A stretch of DNA of 64,000 nucleotides from the human T2T-CHM13v2.0 reference genome, Homo sapiens: the NCBI RefSeq assembly GCF_009914755.1, contig NC_060934.1; one strand, given 5' to 3'. Below the pieces are notes generated by a model. It made no database searches, was not told the DNA's origin, and worked only from the letters and a program-made list of their open reading frames with translations. The first letter of the stretch is position 1; the number at the start of each line of letters is the position of its first letter. The position numbers and the translations under genes are program-made. Below are positions 28,486-44,990 of this stretch, one piece after another.

Positions 28486-28930
28486 TGTATTGATTATGGT
28501 GTAGGCTAAACTGCAATAGCAGATACTTCTATACATCACTGGTTCAAACATAATAGAAGTGTACTTCTCTCTCACACAGTCTGGAAAGAAGTGGTTAACC
28601 AGCTTGGATGGGCAAAAGATTGAGTCAGGACCTGGCTTCCTTCTATGTTATTGCTCCTATGATATTGTTCTCATCCAGATGGTTGAAACTGGCTCAGGTT
28701 ATCATCCATAATTTAGCCTACCAGAAAGGGATAATAAATGAATCTAGAGAGCAAGCAATTTTCTCTTAAGCACCTGCAGCAGAACTTGCACAGTCACTTC
28801 TGCTCACTTTCCACTGGCACAAACCTAGTCCAATGGCCAACGACCTGCAAGGGAGGCTGAGAATGCAGTCTCTAGCTATGTGGGCTAGAGGGAGGGGGAC
28901 CTGGGGATAAATTAGCTATCTTCCACACTG
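28486..28930 (-). mobile_element. Old MLT1 LTR
   Basis: cacttctgctcacttt...ctgcaagggaggctgagaatgcagtc. Confidence 0.65.
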
Positions 28931-29194
28931 TGTGACTCTGTGTGTGTGTATAAACTTGCCTAAAAGTTTCAAAATGCATTTTGAAGTCGGACAAACAGTG
29001 AAACACAAGTGATATAAATATTATTAACTTTCCATTCTTGGAAAGAATGTTTATATGAAAATCTTAAACTAAATACACAGAACACACTCCAGAAAATGAA
29101 CCTGGTAATTTTGTCAAACTTTATATAGTAATAAATATGTAATCCTGATGCTGTTTAGTTAGGAAGGACTGTATATAATCCAAATACAAAGAGT

Positions 29195-29237
29195 ATGTGT
29201 GTGTGGAGTGAGTGTGTGTGTGTGTGTGTGTGTGTGT
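29195..29237. repeat. (TG)n microsatellite
   Basis: Read directly. Confidence 0.9.
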
Positions 29238-29312
29238 AGAGGGATTGTTCATATGAATAGGTCTTAGTATATTGTCTCATCTGAGGAAATCTAGACTCCA
29301 GCAGCCAAAAGT

Positions 29313-29705
29313 AACTTGGTCAATTTTGTGCTGCTAAAGTCGAATAGCACAGACTGGGTAATTTATGGTGAACAGAAATTTATTGGCTCATGGTTTTAGA
29401 GCCTGGGAAGTCCAAGATGGAGTGGCATCTGGCAAGGGCTTTTTTGCTGTGTCATACAATGGCAGAAGGCATCATATGGGAGAAAGAGACACGCACAGAA
29501 AGAACTAAAGAGCATTAGAACCAGAAGAGGCAAATTCATCCTTTTATAAAAGCCCACTTCTAAGAAAATGCCATTAATCCATCCATTCATGAGGGCAGAG
29601 CCCTCATGGCCTAATCACCTCTTAAAGGTCTCAACCCTTTACTGTTACAATGGGAAATAAATTTTGACATGAGTTTGGGAGGGTGCAAACACTCAAACCA
29701 TAGCA
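29313..29705 (-). mobile_element. MST-type MaLR LTR
   Basis: acagactgggtaatttat...cattcatgagggcagagccctcatggcctaatcacctc...aaaccatagca. Confidence 0.88.
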
Positions 29706-31169
29706 GTAACTTAGAAGGAATTTTAATATTTTATGTGTATTTCTCAGTTTTAAAGGGGATCTGTGTTATAACCCACAAAAATACTTTCGGAAATATCATC
29801 TCTCTTCCACAAGCTCCATATTTGTTGCAGACTCTCCCTAAACTTTCCAAATTCTCCCAACATCAATCTAGCATGGCTTTTCTGTCTTCTTCCTCCTGCC
29901 TCCACCTCAAAATCTTTCTTATTTATATCAATTTGGAATTAGGCTTCTTTTTATAGTTTCATCTCTGCTTTGCTCATTACCTGGATTCTGCACAATAGAG
30001 AACCCAGGGCCGACCCAGAAAGCAAAAATCCTTTCCCTTTTCTTCAGGCATCTCTGGCCCAGTTGCTCTCCCTGCCTCCTAATTTTGCATTACAAAAATA
30101 CCAAGAACTAGACTGGCAAAGAAAGAATTCCTAAGACTGTGGGGGGAGGGGTAGAATCTGCACAGACAGGAATGAAGGAGGCTATGAATACTTACATATT
30201 AAAACGTCTTGTTTTCATCACACATATATCATTAAGAGCTCAAGTGAGGCTAATGTGGGCTGCTATAACTCCAAAACAGATGGGAAATCTCTCAGTTTAA
30301 AAATACTCACAAAGCTGGATTTATACAGATGTTCCACCTGAAGGCAGAGCTGGACAAATTAATGCTCACAGTGGACTATGAAACTCTAATCTATAAAGTG
30401 AAAAGGGAAGGGAAGGAAACTAAAAGTTATTGAGCACTTACTCAAGTATTGTGCTAAGCTCTTTAAACAATGTCATGTCATTTAAAACCCCCAATAACCT
30501 TACAGATCAATGTTCTCAGCTTAGGGATCTACAGACCATATTCTCAGTAGTACATGAGTGGTAAGATTGAAAAATGCTTGTGTTTCATGTCAGAAATAAT
30601 ATGAGCCTGGTTAATGTGAACATATTCTGAATCATCAGAAAGATTACTTTATAATCAACACTTATAATGAGAGTGTCACACAAAGTAGTCCATTGTGCTA
30701 CTTTAACTGAAGTATGCTCATGAGAAAGGCACAAAGCCAGACTTAATATATAAATGACATGCATATACATTCATTTCATATAATATGAGGTATTTTGGTC
30801 AAGACAACCTCATTGTGTATGAAATCAATGATGGCTTTGCAGGAGTTCAAATACAGAATAGTGCTAAGATATTTTAGTTATTATCTGGCACATGTAGTAA
30901 AGTCATATCCCAAAGAACATGCATCATATTCATATTTTGAGCTATGATTTGATATAAGACAACAGTGTCACATTAAGTTAATACTGTTTCTTTGAGTTTC
31001 ATTTTTTTGCTTTGATTTATATCAGTGTGGTAAATTATTCTCCTCCATTTTTTACTCCGTCTCCATTATAGGATTCTACAACCAAGCCCTTTGTCTAGAC
31101 TTTGCAATACCTCACCTTAGAGAAAGCAGAATGTTACAGGAGGCTGGAAAACAAGACAACCTGTACCAT

Positions 31170-31866
31170 TGTTAGCAGTGGTGAATCGGTGCGGATCTTC
31201 AGCCACCTCAATTCTTGCCTCCTCAAAAGGGAGAATGCGACTGAGGGGCATAAGGCAGAGGGAGAGACCAAGACAGGTTTTAGAGCAGAAGTGAAAGTTT
31301 ATTAAAAAGCTTTAGAATAGGAACAAAAGGAAGAAAAGTATACTTGGAAGAGGGCCAAGCAGGTGACGAGAGTTCAAGGACATGTTTGGACCTTTGACTT
31401 GGGATCTTATACATTGGCATACTTCTGGGGTCTTGCATCCCTTCTTTCCTGATTCTTCCTTTGGGGTGGGATGTCTACATGCACAGTGGCCTGCCAACAC
31501 TTGGGAGGTGAGCGTGCAGTGTGTTTACTGGAGTTGTATGCATGCTCACTTGAGGCGTTCTTTCCTTACCAGCCAAGGGTTCCTAGAAGAAGGTCATTTA
31601 CCTGGTAAACTCTGCCATTTTGCCTCTTAGTGTGCATGCTTGAGCCCGCTCACCCGACTCCCGAGATCTTATCAGGAAGCTGCTGATCATATTTCAGGTG
31701 TTTCTATCTATTGGGAGACTGCCTTTTCCTGGCACCATCTGCAGCCAATCATTCTTTTAGAGAGATGGTTAACAATGGCCTGACCATCACCTGATGGTCA
31801 CTTGAGATTCCTGGTGGGGGGCCCTCTCCTGCCCTACATATGTCTGCCTGACGACCTACTGTAACA
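31170..31866 (-). mobile_element. MER50 (ERV1) solo LTR
   Basis: Minus strand begins TGTTACAGTAGG...CAGGCAGACAT...AGGGCAGGAGAGGGCCCCCC; 4-bp TSD ccat at 31166-31169 and 31867-31870. Confidence 0.88.
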
Positions 31867-33673
<1,807 letters not shown>

Positions 33674-33697
33674 ATGAATAATGATAATCTAAGAAAA

Positions 33698-34160
33698 ATT
33701 GTGGATTGAACTATTGCTGCCAGTCCTTCCCTTTCTCCCTGTTACGGATTTATACCTCCATGATCTTTGCCATGGGTCTTTGCAGTACCTCTCCCAGGGT
33801 AAGCAGAGTATACTTCCCTGACCCATTAAGGCTGGACTTGGCTGGAATATCAGCAAATATGACACAGGAAGAGACTCTAAATGTGTATTCATAATTTGAC
33901 GTGGCCTCTGCGGTCTTGGGATACATCATTAAAAACAAAACAAAACAACCATACCTCACGTAGCCTCTGATCCTGCAATGAAGACAGAGGAAGCAGAATT
34001 GAATCTACTTGCAACCTGGTGCTAATCCTCACCTGGCCCAGCTGAGATCAGCCAAACCCCACTGTGAATAGAAAACACAAATATTTGTATTTGTAATTTA
34101 CCAAGATTTATGGGGTTGTCAGTTATGTAGCATTATTTCCATAGTAGCCAACTAATATAA
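33698..34160 (+). mobile_element. MLT1 LTR (3' LTR of the preceding internal segment)
   Basis: agagtatacttccctgacccatt...ggggttgtcagttatgtagcatt...gccaactaatata. Confidence 0.7.
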
Positions 34161-37026
34161 TTGGTATAAGAAGTTAAAATAAGCATAAAGAACTTATACC
34201 TAGATTTATGTTTATGCATAGCTCAGCAACATTAAATCAGAAAACACTTTGAATCAACACTCTAGGCATCTTTTTTTCCTTAAAGTTTCCATATATGAAT
34301 AAAGTTTTAGAAATTCTGCTTTAAATAGTCCTGGTTAACCCCATTTTAGGAATGAGTAAACTGAGGCAACTCTGAGAGGTTGGTGGCTTCTTTAAGCCAT
34401 CGGATCTCACTTGACTTGCCTGACTTCAACATGCAGATTTTTCTACTATATGCCTGGCTGTCTTTGAAAAAAAATTAATTTTCAAAGTAGCATCTCTTTT
34501 GCCTAGGTGATTATTAAATTAAAATTCTATATAAGCATGTAGAGATCAAAAGAGAAAAAAATTTAAAAAATAAAAAAAAGGAAAGATAGAAAGAAGATAA
34601 ACTGCCAAATTCCGATGATGAAACCTGGCAGAGTAACTATAAGCAAAACTGTGAGTGTCCAAATCCAGTCAGATATTTTCCCCATCAAAGGATTGACATG
34701 CAAAGCTCATGTGTCTGTGCTATTAGCAGGAAACTGCTTTCAAAATACTTCAAAAACTTGTGACTGTCCACCAATAAGATTGATACTAACATCAAAGTAT
34801 GCAGGACTTGAAGATCCCGCAGAATTAGACCTGGAATGAAAGGGCTTCTGGGAAAAAAAGTGCAGATTACAAAACAAGTGGATTCTTTTAATGCTCAAGG
34901 GAACTTTTTCTTGTTTAAGTTTTCCTCATTGGAGCATAATTTGAGTAGTTTCAGATGTTAATCACATCACGGAGAGGAGGGAAAAACCCTCCGGAGTATT
35001 ATTTTTTCATGTGGCTCAGTGTTAACAGGCCCTTTAAACCTGGAAGAAACTCGTAAGCTCCCTGGGATAGTTTTCACACACCGTCTATAAGGCCTGCCAT
35101 TCGGAACCCCGTCATCCATCCGGGCAGGATGAGGGTTTTCCATTGCTTAAATCGTTGCCTCCTTTTGGTGATCAGAGACCTTAAATGTTGCAGAGCTTCG
35201 ACCCTTTCTTGTCTGTCTAGATGGATCTGTCGTGACTACACAGTTTGCTTTCACAGAGGCCAGTAGGTAACCAGAATGTGTCTTTTATGAGCACGACTTC
35301 CTCAAGGAATGTTGCAGGAGAAGTATAGTGATAAAAAGAAGAGAAGGAAAAACTAGTAAGAAAAAGAAGTTAAATCCTCTCCCTTGGCACCGATACCAAA
35401 TTTCCTTGCTTTGAAAAACTCCAGCTCGATTTCTGAAATATCTCAAAAGATGCCCACTTGTTAAATTGACTGACCCATTTTGTGGGTAAAAGTACTCCCC
35501 TCTTTTGTAGGACACACTTAAACACATTGCTCTGGAAGAAGTTTTGAGTCAGAAAAGGACAGTTACCCCACAGACATGGGTCTATTTAAAGAATAAAAGC
35601 AAGATGGTTCAGGCCACTGGGATGGCCCTTGTAGACTCAGTCTCAGTCGCTTGGGAGGGTCACTGTAGTTTTTGAGGTTCTCGCAATAGAGAGAGCCTGT
35701 GTCCAGGCTTCTCGGTCATTGATGGCCTTGGGTGCGGGGGCGTGCAAAGAGAGCAGCTATTTAGCAAGAGCATGTTTTGTTCTGGAACATTATGAGGAAA
35801 ACAGCACTTAAAACCAATCAAATTAGCATCAATAAAAGTCACAGATTTTTCATCAAAATTGAGATGCATATGGATATTATTGCTATTGATTAACTGGTTA
35901 CTCTTTTTACAACCATAGGTGAGGCCAATTCATTTTTGTCTTTTCCTAGTTTTACATTCCTCCTACTCCTTTTCTGGGAGTACTAATCTGATCCTCCACA
36001 TCATGGGATAGAGACAGAGAAAAGGGAAATAGCCACAATTTTTGGAAGGAGTTGGGGTATCAGTCTTGGTGAAGTTCTTGCAGTAGACTTTCTTTAAAAG
36101 CCATGTTTAGTGTCTAAGATGTCTGAAACAAACTGACATGAACAGAATGGATATAAACACTTATTTTGCCAATGTTGTGAAATATCTGAGTTTATTAATT
36201 AAATAAAATGTCAAAATACTCTCAAAAGCTTCAAAGCACGTCTCACATCTTTTGCATTGAATTTGACATTTTGTTTTCTCTAAACTTAGATGTGAAGTGA
36301 TTATAATAACTTATGTATATCTGACAAAATGTGACCTATTACTGATACATCCATCTGAAATTAACATGAAAATTAGATATAGGTATGTCTTATGTAGACC
36401 ACTGCACATATCCTTATTGTTAGTCATTCATTTTGGGTAGATATATTAGAATCTTTCTATTTTAAAATCAGGAAAATTGTTCTTTATCCATCATTTTAAC
36501 AAATTTATTTTATTATAAAGTAAAACTTTCTCTCTCAGAAATTTCAAACTACACAGAGGTAAATACAAAACCACCCAGTGTATGGGATTTTATGATGGCG
36601 GCATGAGGAGACAAATACAAGAGTTTTCTTTTTGAATCCCTGAGAATGCCTTCACCTGCAAGCTACAGAAAGCCCAGTTAAAAGGAGCTTAAACATTAAA
36701 GGCATTTTTAAAAACCTTTCTTGAGAATGTCAGAGTTTCACGGAATTCCAGAGCGAGGTAACTCAGTGCCTCGCAGATTCATCAAGGGCTTAGATGTCTT
36801 CATCTTTTCGCTCTCCAGTTCCATTTAGCTATTTCTGCCATTTGTCATGATTTTGAAATTGCTGTCACAGTTGCCAGTGTCTCGTTCAGACAACAGCTTT
36901 TTGAGGCAGAAATGAGAATATTCGTGACTTTTTCGAAGTGAGGAAATCTTTCCAACCCTCAGAAGCATATTTACACTAATGTTTCACTATCCAAAATTGT
37001 CTAAGCAATGAGATTGCCATAATTAA

Positions 37027-37350
<324 letters not shown>

Positions 37351-37908
37351 TGACTATAGTTAATAACTATGTATTGTATTCTGGAAAATTGCTAAGAGAG
37401 TAGATTTTAAGTGCTCTCACCACAAAAAAGATAAGTATATGAGGTAACACATATGCTAATTAGCTCAATTTAACTGTTCCATAATGAATACATATTTTAA
37501 AACAACATGTTGGTCGGGTGCAGTGGCTCACACCTATAATCCCAGCACTTTGGGAGGCCAAGCTGGGTGGATCACTTGAGGCAGTAGTTCAAGACCAGTC
37601 TGGCCAACATGGGGAAACCCCATCTTTACTAATAATTTAAAAAATTAGCCAAGTGTGGTGGCATATGCCTGTATTCCCAGCTACTCAGGAGGCTGAGGCA
37701 CAAGAATGGCTTGAACCTGGAAGGCAGAGGTTGCAGTGAGCAAAGATTGCACCACTGCACTTCAGTCTGGAAAACAGAGTGTAACTGTGTCCCCCAAAAA
37801 TAAAATTAAAATAAAATAAAATAAAATGAAATAAAATAAAATAAAATAAAATACATGCTGTACCCAATACATCTGTACAATTTTTACTTGTCAACTTAAA
37901 TAAATAAT
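37351..37908 (+). mobile_element. L1MA 3' end fragment interrupted by an Alu
   Basis: gtgactatagttaataac...gagagtagattttaagtgctctcaccac...; resumes at acatgctgtacc...tacaatttttacttgtcaa. Confidence 0.8.
37512..37852 (+). mobile_element. AluS with (TAAAA)n tail
   Basis: Full sense Alu inserted in L1MA. Confidence 0.93.
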
Positions 37909-37954
37909 AGATTTATCCTCAGGGCTGAGAAGTCTAGCCTTTCCCAGAAGACTG

Positions 37955-39260
37955 CTTTAGTTATCTATTGTGACACAACAAATTACTCAGATATCTCCAA
38001 ATTTAGTAGCTTAGAACGACAAACTTTTATTACTTCACTCAGTTTGTGACAGTTGGAATCTGGGAATTGATTATTTGCATAGTTGTTGTTCCGGATCTTT
38101 GATGAGGTTGCAGTAAAGGTGTCAGATGGGGTGGCTGTCATCTGAAGGCTTGACTGGGGCTGGAGGATCTGTTTCCAAAATGGTTCACCAACATGGCTGT
38201 TGGCCAGGGACCTCAGTTCCTTGCTGGCTGTTGGCTAAGGGGCTCAGTTCTTTGCTGCCTGTTGGTTGAGGGCCACAGTTCTTTGCTGCCTGTTGGCTGG
38301 GGGCCACAGTTCTTTGCTGCCTATTGGTTGGGTGTCTTAGTTCTTTGCTGCCTATTGGTTGGGGGCCACAGTTTCTTGCTACTTATTGGCTGGGGGATTC
38401 AGCTCTTTGCTGACCATTGGCTGGGGTCTTCAGTTCTTTGCTGTTGGCTGGGGTCTTCAATTCTTTGCTGGCTATTGGCTGGGGGCCTCAGTTCCTTGCT
38501 GTCTATTGGCTGGGGGCCTCAGTTCTTTGCTGCCTATTGGTTGGGTGCCTAAGTTCCTTGATAACTGTTGGCTGGGGTCTTCAGTTCTTTGCTACTTGTT
38601 GGGGGCCTCAGTTCCTTGCTGCCTATTGGCTGGGGGCCTCAGTTCTTTGCTGGCTGTTGGCTGGGGGCCTCAGTTCCTTGCTGCATATTGGCCGGGGGCC
38701 TCAGTTCTTTGCTGCCTGTTGGTTGGGAGGCCTCAGTTCTTTGCTGCCTGTTGGTTGGGGGGCCTCAGTTCTTTGCTGGCCGTTGGCTGGGGTCCTCAGT
38801 TCTTTGCTGACTATTGGTTGGGGGCCTCAGTTCCTTTCTGTCTATTGGCTGGGGCCTCAGTTCTTTGCTGGCTTTTGGCTGGGGGCCACAGTTCCTTGAG
38901 GACTGTTGGCTGGGGTCTTCAGTTCCTTGCCATGTGAGCCTCTCCAAAGGGCTGCTCATGACATAGCAACTAACTTCCCCTAAAGAAAGCACTACACAAG
39001 AGATCCAGGAGGGGGCTGCACTGCCCTTCATGACTGTCACTTCCACTTGATTCATCAGAATTGAGTCACTAGTTAGGCTCTGCTTCTTGAGAGCTTGTCT
39101 GGAGATTCTAGCAGGGGAGTGCAGCTACTCATACACCCTTGACCAAAGAAGGGACCTCCTCTATCAGGGAAGGTCGTCCTCTTTGACCAAGCATGCAATC
39201 CATCTCTTGAACAGAGGAGTGGTAAGGAATTTGTGGACATATTTCAGAACCACCACAATT
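37955..39260 (-). mobile_element. MLT1E/F-type LTR containing a minisatellite
   Basis: tgtcatctgaaggcttgactggggctggaggatc...gccatgtgagcctctcca...gacatatttcagaaccaccaca. Confidence 0.8.
38195..38931. repeat. Minisatellite, ~24 copies of a 31-bp unit (ggctgttggctgggggcctcagttctttgct)
   Basis: Counted 24 cagttc-type anchors spaced 31 bp apart, with 27-, 30- and 32-bp variants. Confidence 0.95.
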
Positions 39261-40542
39261 GCCATCAGAGGACAGTGAATAAAGGTGAGGTTCTTTTAGG
39301 AAGAAGTGAAGCTGACTGATGAGGAGACACTCATTGTTTTTTCTACCTTCCATTCCTAATTTTCTAGGTTTGTTTATTATTAATTATGCACATTTGAATT
39401 TTCCCAAAAATTTTCTCAGTGATAGAAATGTGTTTTTCTACTTTAATATTTTAAGGTGTTTGACCACATAATTAGGTTTTTTTTCTAACATTGAAACACT
39501 TTATTATTAATGGGACATACTCTTTAATGTCATTCTGTATGAGTATTTTATACATTGCTGATTTGATTTTGCATCTATGTTCCAGGGTGGAACTAGTTTC
39601 TTCTTTAGTCTTCTATTGTACTTGTCCAGTTTTGGTTTCAAGGCTATATTAGCCTTGCAAGATATTTTGGGTAGCTTTTCGTCTTTTTCGGGCTATGCCT
39701 AACTGTCTCTCTTGCTCTATGTTTTTGTTATTTTTGCTCAGCTTTTTTTGGCTAGTGGGTATCTTTTTATCTGAAAAATTTGTCTTTCTTAAGTATGGAA
39801 TTTTCTTCCACTACTTTTTTTCCCCCAATAACCATTTTTAGCCTTTGGCTCCACAAGGAACTCACAGTTTTCATCCCTCTGCTTTATTTAGAGAACTGTT
39901 TTTTAGGCTTTATCCTGGTGAAAAATGCCACCATTTCTGTATGATACTAGCCTAGTTCTTCTGCAACATTTTAATCAGGTATCCGTTCAATAGTGTGTGG
40001 CTCATGTTGGATCCATGGCCCTGCTGACTCTAGCCTACAGTTCTTGATGGGAAGATGGTAACTTGCTTCTCTGGTAGTCCTCTGCTATATGTGATTGGAG
40101 TTAGGAAGGCTGGGCTCTGGTTTCCCCATAAATCCAGTCGTGTTTGCTTTGTGTCCTACAGAAATTCTTCACAGTATTTGGCTTGTTGATGCTATTCTTT
40201 GTTGGTTTGCAGCACTGTTATGTATTCATTCCTTCTACTGTTTATCTGTTTTGGAATTTCAATGAGATTTGGGGAGAAAGGGTAATAAATCCACACGTAG
40301 TTTTATTCAGTCTGCCATTTAGACTGAAAATTGCTTGCTGCTACACACTGACCACATAAAACTTGACCTATGCACAAGCATGTCCCACAACAGTGGCACT
40401 TAGAAACCATTATTTTTAAAAATATATGTTTTATTATGGTTTTCACTACAAAAGTAATACATGCATTTTATAGAAAACTTGTAAAATGTACAAACATAAA
40501 AAGAAGGAAAAAAAGATGCATTGACTAATCACCTCAATACAA

Positions 40543-40707
40543 TTTATTTTATTTTATTTTATTTTATTTTATTTTATTTTATTTTATTTTATAGATGAGG
40601 TCTTGTTATGTCACCCAGGCTGATCCCGAACTCCTGGGCTCAAGGAATGCCCCAACCTCAGCTTCCTGAGTAGCTGGGATTACAGATGAACTCCACTACA
40701 CATGGCT
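40543..40707 (-). mobile_element. Alu monomer (FLAM/FRAM-like) with (TTTTA)n tail
   Basis: Single Alu arm; tail expanded into (ttttta/tttta)n at 40543-40591. Confidence 0.85.
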
Positions 40708-41479
40708 AAAACAATTTTATCAGGCTCAGGAATTTCCTTATAATTCTATTAAATATATATCTGTAACCCTATAGTATATATGCCTGCATATCTCTCCAGT
40801 TAGCACTACACTAGGAGCCTTTTTTAGTGTTGTTGCATATTTTTCATGTACTGTCATTTTTGAAATCACAATTTCCATGGTTCTAAAATATTGGTATTTT
40901 TCCTGATTATGTCCTTTGCATGTTCTCTATAGCACATAGTCCTATTTTATACAGAGTTTTCTTCTGTATTGCTATTGTGTATTTTATGACCAAGGATTGC
41001 TCACATGTTATCTTTCTATAATCCTTTCTATTATTTTCTTTGCTGTCGGGTATTTCTATGGTTGCTATGTTATTTCTTCACCACAGGCAGATCTAATAAG
41101 GCTTTCTCTTTCATCTCAATGTTGGTGTGCCATCTTGGGTTGCTTCTTACTTACCTGAGACCTCAGAATGTGGAGGGCTGGGCCTGCCGTTCTGGCTCTA
41201 TTTGGAAGCCCGAGGCTCTGGACAGCAAAAGAGTGCTCAGGAAGTACCAGGTTAGTCGGATTTGGTGAATGAGTTCTGACCTTTCTTCTATAATTTAATG
41301 TAAAGCCCTGTGATGGGGTTACTTCCAACTAAGCAGTGGCCTTTCTTATTCCCTTGGGTAGTTTCCTCAAGCTTCAGATCCTTTCCTCAATTCAGGATAT
41401 AGCACATCAGCTAAGAGTCACTCTTGTCACTCGTGCCAGCAATCCCAGAAATCCTTCACATGCTTCTCCCTCTTCTTCT

Positions 41480-42563
<1,084 letters not shown>

Positions 42564-42992
42564 TCAACTCAGGGGTTTAAAAGGGAAAAATTCCACAGGT
42601 TTTGGTCCAGGTGGTCTTTTATGGGAATGGAGTGGGGCGGGAAGGCAAGGAGTGGCAGAGATTTCTCTTGGCCCCACCGCTCTATCCTTCTACTCCTGCA
42701 AATGGTCTTGCCTTCTTTTTCTCTCTTCTTTGCTTTCTGTCCTGGCAAAGTCTTGTTTATGGCTGAGCTAGTTTTCTGTGCCTCACTATTGACTGCTCAC
42801 AGTCCCCTCCATGTCTTCTCCTAGTCCAGAGTGGCGAGCCACGGCAATGCTCTCTCTTCACTAGTGAGCACCAACCCGAGTGCAAGAGACTTTCTTTCTG
42901 CAGGAGTTTGCTGCTTTTCTTTCTCCATCTCTCCTTCTCTATTCCAATTTGCCTCTCCCCAAACTGAGCAGGATTATCGAAACTGCTTAGGA

Positions 42993-43216
<224 letters not shown>

Positions 43217-43436
43217 AAACTGCTTAGGATTTCATCTGTTCACCTTTCTCCGTCTCATCTCCACTGCCTGGGGATGAAGTCAGGAGCTAATCCAAACGAC
43301 TTTTTGGTTTTTCTCTCACCCTGATGCTTCTTTTCAAATACTATTAGAAGAAGTTGATCTTCTCTCTGGGTGCAGGGGTTTTGTTTCTTCTGTTTTACCT
43401 ATTTTTGTTCATTTCTTTATTGTCAAGGGGAGGGAT

Positions 43437-43628
43437 TTTTTTTATTATTATTATACTTTAAGTTCTAGGGTACATGTGCACAACGTGCATGTTTGTTACA
43501 TATGTATACACGCTCCATGTTGGTGTGCTGCACCCATTAACTCATCATTTATATTAGGTATATCTCCTAATGCTATCCCTCCCCCTCCCCCCACCCCACA
43601 ACAGGCCCCGGTGTGTGATGTTCCCCTT
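43437..43628 (-). mobile_element. Short 5'-truncated L1PA (last ~190 bp)
   Basis: tatactttaagttctagggtacatgtgcacaacgtgca...tgtgatgttcccct; TSD aaggggagggat at 43425-43436 and 43629-43640. Confidence 0.93.
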
Positions 43629-44319
43629 AAGGGGAGGGATATTTTACAATTTGGTTTCACTCTTTCTCGGAGCATCTTCAGTGATTCTCTAAAACCTATT
43701 ACAAATTATTTATTTAATTGCTATAAACAGTCCATTAAGAGAATGTAACATGATTTATTTAAGAACTCTTCCCTACTTTTAGACATTAAATTTATTTCCA
43801 TTTTTGGCTATTATAAATAATGCTGGGAGGAACAATTTTTGCAAAAGGCTTTTTTTTTTTTTTGGCTTTGAGATCATTTTCTTAGGTTAAACTGCCAGAT
43901 GTGTAATTACCCGACTGAAGAACAGGACTGAAGAAAAGGATGATTTTAAAGTCCTTGAAACATTTATGCCAAATTGTGTCCCCAGAAGATTCATTTGCAT
44001 ACCCAACAGCATGGAGTAAATGTCGCTCTCTGACTGAAACTTTCTTTTGTTAAATAAACTAACAAAACATACGACCATTAATAACTTCTTATTGTTAGAA
44101 TTAATAGCACTGTGGTGATAATAAAATCACTGCAATTGCCTTACAAGGCACAGAGGTGTCACAATGCTATTCCCATTTTTAAGAGACTTTATGTAAATTT
44201 TGATTGCTAGGGTTTATTTCAATCACAAAAGCAGAAAGACACTTGTATTCGTGTGATCTTAGTAAGTTTGTGTATAATTAAGCAGATTTTTCAGAATCTT
44301 GACTTTAGCTGGGCCACTT

Positions 44320-44990
44320 TTTGTTTTCAACAGTTTTATTAAGGTACACGAACATATTGAAATATATAATATGCTGGATGATTTAAAGTGCACACTTTGA
44401 TAAATTTTGACATATGTATAGTGTGTGTGATGTGAAAACATCACTACAATCAAAATAATGAACATTTTCATCAGTCCCGAGTTTCTTCTTGGTCCTTTGT
44501 AATCCTTGGGGACCCTTGCTGCCTTCCCACAACTCCATCTGCTTTTTATCACTAAAGATTAGTTTTCATTTTCTAGAATTTTAAGTAAATGAAGTCACAA
44601 ATTATGTACTCTTCTTCATCTGGATTCTTTCAATCAGTGTAACCGTATTGAGAGTCATCTATATTGCTGCATTTCCAGGTTAGGGCCATTGCAAAAAAGT
44701 CGCTAGGAACATTTGTGTACAAGTCTTTGTATGAATATAGACTTCCTGTTCTCTTTGGTAAATCCCTAGGAATGACATGGCTGGGTCATATGGGGGGGTG
44801 TATGCTTGATATTTAAAGAAACAGCCAAACTGTTTTCCAAAGCGGCTATGCCATGTCCCACCCTACCAGTGGGGTACAAGAGCTCCATCTCCTCCACATC
44901 CTCACCAACACTTGGCAGGGTCAGTCTTTTTGAGTTTAGACATTCTGATTCTGATGGGTGCATAGTGGCATCTCATTGTAGTTTTAACAC
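44320..44990 (-). mobile_element. L1MB/MC 3' fragment
   Basis: acagttttattaagg...catttgtgtacaagtctttg...ctccacatcctcaccaacacttgg. Confidence 0.82.

Noticed and set aside
38193-38937. Hydrophobic repeat ORFs as a real membrane protein, or the array as CRISPR-like
   Set aside because: Units are contiguous with no unique spacers and derive from an LTR; there is no promoter, splice or homology support for coding.
41149-41157. Perfect minus-strand donor CAG|GTAAGT
   Set aside because: About one such 9-mer is expected by chance in 64 kb on two strands, and no convincing exon partner is visible.
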